DNA of 64,000 nucleotides from an uncultured Alphaproteobacteria bacterium (GTDB lineage Bacteria; Pseudomonadota; Alphaproteobacteria; RF32; CAG-239): NCBI GenBank assembly GCA_910576955.1, contig CAJTJB010000001.1, positions 238,739 to 302,738 of the forward strand, read 5' to 3'. Shown piece by piece: positions 59,279 to 64,000 of this stretch (position 1 is its first letter; each line of letters starts with the position of its first letter). The notes under the pieces were generated by a model. It saw only the letters and a program-made list of their open reading frames with translations, ran no database searches and was not told where the DNA came from. The position numbers and the translations under genes were made by a program.

Positions 59279-61405
59279 CTATACTCTGGATACAAAACTT
59301 ACGACTTTAGATGCTCTTAAGGCTGATATAATGTCATTCAGATGGTTGGTATTTTTAACATCTACATCCACCAAGATTTCAAAATAGCTAATCGTTCTGT
59401 AAACAATATTCAAGTTAGTAATGTTGGCGTTTTGGCGGGCAATCAAGTTTGACAATTCGCCCAAAGTTCCGGGCTCATTGCTTATCATTACCTTAATGCG
59501 GGCGGTATGGTTTTCGCTTTCCGCATCGCTTCCCCAAGAGATGTCCAACCAACGCTCCGGCTCATCGGCATATTTTTCAAGCGCTTTACACGATAAAGAA
59601 TGTACAGCAACGCCTTTGCCGGTGGTGACAATCCCTACAATTCTATCACCGGGAACAGGATGGCAGCAGCCAGCAAAATGCACCGCCATTCCGGTTATCA
59701 AGCCCTCAATTTTTAGAGCGTTATTCTTTTTCTTCTTCGGTTTGGAAAGTTTGATTGAATTAACGACCTGCGTGATTTTGGATTGTTTATAGGCGGGGTA
59801 AACGGCTCTTAAAACATCCCAACCGGTTACCAGCCCCTCGCCTACCTTTGCATACAAATCATCTAATGTTTCGCACTCAAAATGCGGCAGTGTGCCGTAA
59901 ACGCCTTTTTCATTAAACTCCAGATTTTCCTGCTTAAACAGCTTTTCAAGAATATCTTTGCCGAGCGCCAAAAATTGCTCGCGTTTGCACGCCCGCACAT
60001 ATCGGCGAATCGCAGCTTTGGCTTTGCCGGTTACGACAAAGCGTTCCCATTCTGTGGACGGATGCTGCGCTTTGGAGGTCAGCACTTCAACCTGATCGCC
60101 GTTTTGCAAAACGCTTCTTAACGGCTTTATCTCACCGTTAATTTTTGCCCCGACACATTTATCGCCAACACTTGAATGCACTGCATACGCAAAATCTACC
60201 GGCGTTGAGCCATAAGGCAGACCGATTAAATCCCCTTTGGGCGTAAAGCAAAATACTTGGTCATTATACATCTCAAGCTTGGTATTTTCCAAAAACTCGT
60301 CCGGGTTTTGCGCTTGTTCCAAAATTTCCAACAATTCGCGAATCCAGCGAAAACTGCGTCCCGCCACTTTTTGCCCCTGTTTATATGCCCAGTGCGCAGC
60401 CACGCCTTTTTCGTTGATTTCGTGCATCTCGTGGGTGCGGATTTGAATTTCGATTCGGGTATTTTCCGGTCCGATAATGCCGGTATGAAGCGATTGGTAG
60501 CCGTTTGGTTTCGGCGTGGAGATATAATCTTTAAACCGGCGCGGCACCATATGGTATTTGCTATGAATTATGCCCAACACCTGATAGCAGGCAGCGATAT
60601 CATCCACACAGATACGAAAAGCCATAATATCTGACAGCTGTTCAAACGAGGCATTTTTGAGCTGCATCTTGCGCCAGATGGAATATGGCGATTTTTCACG
60701 CCCGGTAACGGTTGCTTTGACCCCGTTCTCTTCCATATCTTTTTCTAACTGGCTGATAATTTTCGGAACAAGATTACTCCCCTGTTCCCGCAAAAAGTTT
60801 AAACGCGCAACGATAGAATCGTGCGCTTCTTTATGCAATTCGGAAAAAGCAATTTCTTCAAGTTCGGTTTTAATTTCCTGCATACCGATACGCTCGGCAA
60901 GCGGAGCGTAGATGTCGAGCGTTTCTTTGGCGATTCTTTTTCTTTTTTCTTCTTTGCAAAAATGCAATGTGCGGATATTATGCAGGCGGTCAGCCAGTTT
61001 GATTAGCAGCACGCGAATATCCTCGGACATCGCCAAAAGAAGTTTACGGAAGTTTTCCGCCTGTTTGCTGGAACCTGATTTTTGCTCTATAATTGCCAGT
61101 TTGGTGACGCCGTCAACGATTGCTGCCACTTGAGGACCAAATAATTCTTTTATTTCTTCAACTGTGGTGTCTGTATCTTCAACAGTATCGTGCAACAGCC
61201 CGGCAATAATGGAATTACAATCCAGACGGAACTTGGTCAGTATGCCTGCCACTTCAATCGGGTGCGAATAGTACGGATCACCGGAAGTTCGAAGCTGGGC
61301 GCCGTGTTTTTTCATTGCAAAAACATAAGCACGGTTTAACGCATCCTCATCTGCGTTCGGATCATACGATTTTACGATATCAACTAATTCATACTGTCTT
61401 AACAT
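59279..61405 (-). CDS. spoT: Bifunctional (p)ppGpp synthetase/hydrolase (Rel/SpoT)
   Basis: HD domain (HPIEVAGIL...HDTVEDT), synthetase domain, TGS and ACT regions. 708 aa, directly downstream of rpoZ. Confidence 0.95.
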   Translation of the reverse strand: MLRQYELVDIVKSYDPNADEDALNRAYVFAMKKHGAQLRTSGDPYYSHPIEVAGILTKFRLDCNSIIAGLLHDTVEDTDTTVEEIKELFGPQVAAIVDGVTKLAIIEQKSGSSKQAENFRKLLLAMSEDIRVLLIKLADRLHNIRTLHFCKEEKRKRIAKETLDIYAPLAERIGMQEIKTELEEIAFSELHKEAHDSIVARLNFLREQGSNLVPKIISQLEKDMEENGVKATVTGREKSPYSIWRKMQLKNASFEQLSDIMAFRICVDDIAACYQVLGIIHSKYHMVPRRFKDYISTPKPNGYQSLHTGIIGPENTRIEIQIRTHEMHEINEKGVAAHWAYKQGQKVAGRSFRWIRELLEILEQAQNPDEFLENTKLEMYNDQVFCFTPKGDLIGLPYGSTPVDFAYAVHSSVGDKCVGAKINGEIKPLRSVLQNGDQVEVLTSKAQHPSTEWERFVVTGKAKAAIRRYVRACKREQFLALGKDILEKLFKQENLEFNEKGVYGTLPHFECETLDDLYAKVGEGLVTGWDVLRAVYPAYKQSKITQVVNSIKLSKPKKKKNNALKIEGLITGMAVHFAGCCHPVPGDRIVGIVTTGKGVAVHSLSCKALEKYADEPERWLDISWGSDAESENHTARIKVMISNEPGTLGELSNLIARQNANITNLNIVYRTISYFEILVDVDVKNTNHLNDIISALRASKVVSFVSRV

Positions 61406-61448
61406 CTAACCTCTTTTCATCCATCCCATTTATTTACTTTAGCGCAAA

Positions 61449-61487
61449 ATAAAAAAAAAGCAAGATATGTTTATCCTATCTTGCTTT
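61449..61487 (-). terminator. Intrinsic terminator downstream of rpoZ (minus strand)
   Basis: On the minus strand: AAGCAAGATA, loop, TATCTTGCTT, then T9. Confidence 0.7.
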
Positions 61488-61518
61488 ATGAATTGTTAAA
61501 TTTTGTTAAAAAAGAAAT

Positions 61519-61998
61519 TTATTCTTCAAAATCTTCGATATCTTCGGAGAAATCATCTTTGACATCCAGCAAATCATCGTCCAAATCAGCATCGTCCAAT
61601 GATACGTCTGCGGTGTCAACATCAAGCGTTTCGCCGTTGCTGTCTTCAATCTGCATACTTTCGGCAAGAGCCGCATCCAGAATGGTATCGCCATCAAACT
61701 GCGCATCCAAACCGGAAAGCTCTTTTTCAGCAGCCAAAATTTCCAACTCTTCTTCTTCGGGCTCTTCCACTTCAACATATTTCTGCAGTCCCATAACGAG
61801 AGAACGCTGCAATTCTTCAATATCTGCTTTGTTTTCGGCAATTTCCCTTAAAGAAACAACAGAGTTTTTGTCGTTATCGCGTTCAACCTTAATCGGCGAA
61901 CCGGCAGCAATATCTTTTGCACGCTGTGCCGCAACCAACAGAAGTTCATAGCGGTTTGGAATTTTTTCAATACAGTCTTCAACTGTTACACGAGCCAT
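61519..61998 (-). CDS. rpoZ: RNA polymerase omega subunit with an extended acidic C-terminal tail
   Basis: MARVTVEDCIEKIPNRYELLLVAAQRAKDI is the canonical RpoZ N-terminus. At 159 aa it is about 70 aa longer than typical, with a D/E-rich tail (DADLDDDLLDVKDDFSEDIEDFEE). Confidence 0.9.
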   Translation of the reverse strand: MARVTVEDCIEKIPNRYELLLVAAQRAKDIAAGSPIKVERDNDKNSVVSLREIAENKADIEELQRSLVMGLQKYVEVEEPEEEELEILAAEKELSGLDAQFDGDTILDAALAESMQIEDSNGETLDVDTADVSLDDADLDDDLLDVKDDFSEDIEDFEE

Positions 61999-62085
61999 TT
62001 TATTTACCCTTTAATCTTGAATTTACGCTTTGAGAAGTTATATAACACAACACATCTTTGAAATGCAACTGTTTTTTCAAATTTT

Positions 62086-63333
62086 TTAATAAATTATCGG
62101 CGTAATCAGCAACATTTCGCCGTTTTCAAGCAATTTTTTGCGAATTTTCTCCCTAATGGGGCTGACCGCTTCGACGTCTTCCCTTAATACCGAATACATT
62201 GCAACCAAAGCCGCCTCGGATTCACGCATTGACTCCTGCCATTTTTGCGGCAACATACGATAATAATGCTCATAATAGCCGCGGCGATGAAAACGGATGG
62301 CAAATGCCATAGAATGATTTGCATTTGCCGCGCGAAAGGCTTTAAGGGTTTTATCACAAGTATATGCCCATTCTTCGGGCGTAAACCCTTCTTGCGCCAC
62401 AATTGTGCTAAAGCTGTGGTAGATGCCGGCGATGCGCGTCTTGAGCACCAGATTTTGACAGGGATTTACCATATCTTTAAGCGCTGGCTGGCGAAGCGGT
62501 TTGTCGCCGTCTTGTTCCATCATATCAAGCAAGATTCCGGCGCGGATGACCGCTATATCGTTTCCCTTTTTGCCCCATTCGTTAATTTTATCCCATGTTG
62601 CCATCACGGCTTCGGCATCTTTGGTGGTCAGCGGAGAGGTCAGACTCGGATATAACGTCCGGCGCGTCATATCTGCCGGTGCTGTTGTCTTGCGGGCTTT
62701 TGCCGAGGCAGGTTTATTTTGCGCCTGCGGAACAGGCGAATCGTTTTTTTCTTTCAGATAATCGGGCAAAAAAACCGGTTTTTTCGGCTTTACGGACGGT
62801 ATATTCGCTGGCTTATCCAAATTCTTTTTTTTCTCCCACATTTGAGGCATTAAGGCAATATAAAGAGCCGGCGACAAAGCCTCTATATTTTCCATCCCTT
62901 TATATTTCTCGGCTATTTCTTCGGGAAATTTATTTTTCGTTTCTTTAATTCCGGGGAGGTTCAAAATTTTCTCGGGCATGGTCGGTATTTCATGCAGCAT
63001 CGGCCCTATGTATTGATACATTTCTTTGGGAAGCATTAAGATCAAATCCAGCAGCTCGTCTTCATAACTGGTCTTTATACGGCTTTCGCTCGAGCCATAC
63101 GCTTTGATGACACGGCTGAATTCTTTATTAAACCTATTGCCCATTTCAAAGCGGGATGTATAGCCTTTATTATAAACCTCGGCTGTTTTTTGCATTTCAA
63201 TGATATATTTGTAAAGATTAGATAAATCCATATCCATTTTAACATCAAAACTATGGCGATATTCCGAGATATCCGCCGTTGCGCTATGGCTTATGCCAAA
63301 GGTTAAAAAGAGCGCCAAGATAATTTTATACAT
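62086..63333 (-). CDS. Hypothetical secreted protein (415 aa)
   Basis: Signal peptide MYKIILALFLTFGISHSATA. Two domains separated by a Pro/Lys-rich linker. No motif recognised. Confidence 0.5.
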   Translation of the reverse strand: MYKIILALFLTFGISHSATADISEYRHSFDVKMDMDLSNLYKYIIEMQKTAEVYNKGYTSRFEMGNRFNKEFSRVIKAYGSSESRIKTSYEDELLDLILMLPKEMYQYIGPMLHEIPTMPEKILNLPGIKETKNKFPEEIAEKYKGMENIEALSPALYIALMPQMWEKKKNLDKPANIPSVKPKKPVFLPDYLKEKNDSPVPQAQNKPASAKARKTTAPADMTRRTLYPSLTSPLTTKDAEAVMATWDKINEWGKKGNDIAVIRAGILLDMMEQDGDKPLRQPALKDMVNPCQNLVLKTRIAGIYHSFSTIVAQEGFTPEEWAYTCDKTLKAFRAANANHSMAFAIRFHRRGYYEHYYRMLPQKWQESMRESEAALVAMYSVLREDVEAVSPIREKIRKKLLENGEMLLITPIIY

Positions 63334-63464
63334 AAATTTTCTTTCCTTTTAGATAGTTAGCACAATTATACTTTATAAAATTTAAAAAAACGTTATACTT
63401 GCAATTTAAAACCGAATCGTTTATTGTGATGTTTAAAGTGTAACAACCAATAAAGGGGGCTAAA

Positions 63465-63953
63465 ATGATTTGGACCGATGAAGCTGTTGAAGAATTAAAA
63501 AGAATGTGGGATAGAGGCATGACTACCGGTCAGATAGCAAAAGCCTTAAACGTTACTAAAAACTCAATTATCGGCAAAGTACACCGGTTATGCCTGACGG
63601 CAAGACCTTCACCGATTAAAAAAACCGACATCGTTGAGGAAGAAAAAAAGGCTGCTCCGAAAGAAAAAAGCGTTAAAGAAAAAAACAAGCCGACAAAACA
63701 AGCGCAGGTGAAAGCTCAACCGGCACAAGAGGCAAAAGCTTCCAAAGCGGCCGCGAAACCTGCTGCAAAAACAAGCCCGACAGAAACAGCAAACATTCCG
63801 CTTGTAAAACTTGATAACCATACTTGCCGTTGGCCGATGGGCGACCCGCGCGATGATGATTTCTGCTTTTGCGGCAAACGGGTCAGAACCGGACAGACTT
63901 ATTGCGAAGAGCACGCTGCTGTTGCGTATGTTAAGCCGGGAAAGAAATTTTAA
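63465..63953 (+). CDS. gcrA: Cell-cycle transcriptional regulator GcrA
   Basis: MIWTDEAVEELKRMWDRGMTTGQIAKALNVTKNSIIGKVHRL... and the C-terminus CRWPMGDPRDDDFCFCGKRVRTGQTYCEEHAAVAY match the Caulobacter GcrA N- and C-termini. The middle is a basic low-complexity linker. Confidence 0.85.
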   Translation: MIWTDEAVEELKRMWDRGMTTGQIAKALNVTKNSIIGKVHRLCLTARPSPIKKTDIVEEEKKAAPKEKSVKEKNKPTKQAQVKAQPAQEAKASKAAAKPAAKTSPTETANIPLVKLDNHTCRWPMGDPRDDDFCFCGKRVRTGQTYCEEHAAVAYVKPGKKF

Positions 63954-64000
63954 TTTTGAGGTTTAGAAAATTGAAGATGCGGGGTTTTGACAATTTCGCA

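Noticed and set aside
61481-61951. 156-aa Ser-rich plus-strand ORF antisense to rpoZ
   Set aside because: It reads the antisense of the acidic tail region, and rpoZ is unambiguous.

Overview
This is a 64-kb chromosomal segment that looks alphaproteobacterial; no tools were run and all calls rest on motifs read by eye from the translations. Taxonomic evidence is a GcrA-type cell-cycle regulator at the right edge, rpoZ-spoT adjacency, the conserved orders leuS-lptE-holA, clpP-clpX and gap-pgk, a Zn-less L36, and a type-2 (eukaryote-like) IleS. It is mostly housekeeping genes with AT-rich accessory genes inserted between them. The housekeeping set is ileS, ruvX, an MltB-like transglycosylase, a cdd-punA-deoA nucleoside salvage operon, galU, dtd, lgt, queA, gap, pgk, leuS, lptE, holA, clpX, clpP, ettA, rpmJ, acpS, spoT, rpoZ and gcrA.

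The most notable item is absent from the supplied ORF track: a minus-strand gene with its ATG near 3922 runs open-frame to the left window edge (at least 1300 codons). It encodes a signal-peptide protein with about 12 tandem 4-Cys modules followed by long 'YGIYA / IYNAY' beta-solenoid-like repeats.

Other accessory content:
- two paralogous prepilin-like genes between ileS and ruvX;
- a 1734-aa AsmA-family protein with a coiled-coil and low-complexity extension;
- an 853-aa protein with tandem acidic 'EDDFEIV' repeats behind a near-consensus sigma70 promoter;
- an orphan VirB8-like protein next to an OMF/TolC-like lipoprotein with a cadherin-like tail and a GT-C membrane protein;
- a tandem MlaD (MCE) pair divergent from an ABC transporter with a fused permease-GldG and a DUF4340-like partner;
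- a membrane protein with a degenerate GGDEF domain;
- an FAD-oxidoreductase coupled to a GT-C glycosyltransferase.

No rRNA, tRNA, CRISPR array, transposase or integrase could be recognised by eye. Several intrinsic terminators and two near-consensus sigma70 promoters are visible. Many ORF-track start codons are upstream TTG/GTG extensions. Hand-derived coordinates may be off by a base or so. Of two spot-checks of my line indexing against minus-strand track coordinates (cdd, punA), one was off by one base.
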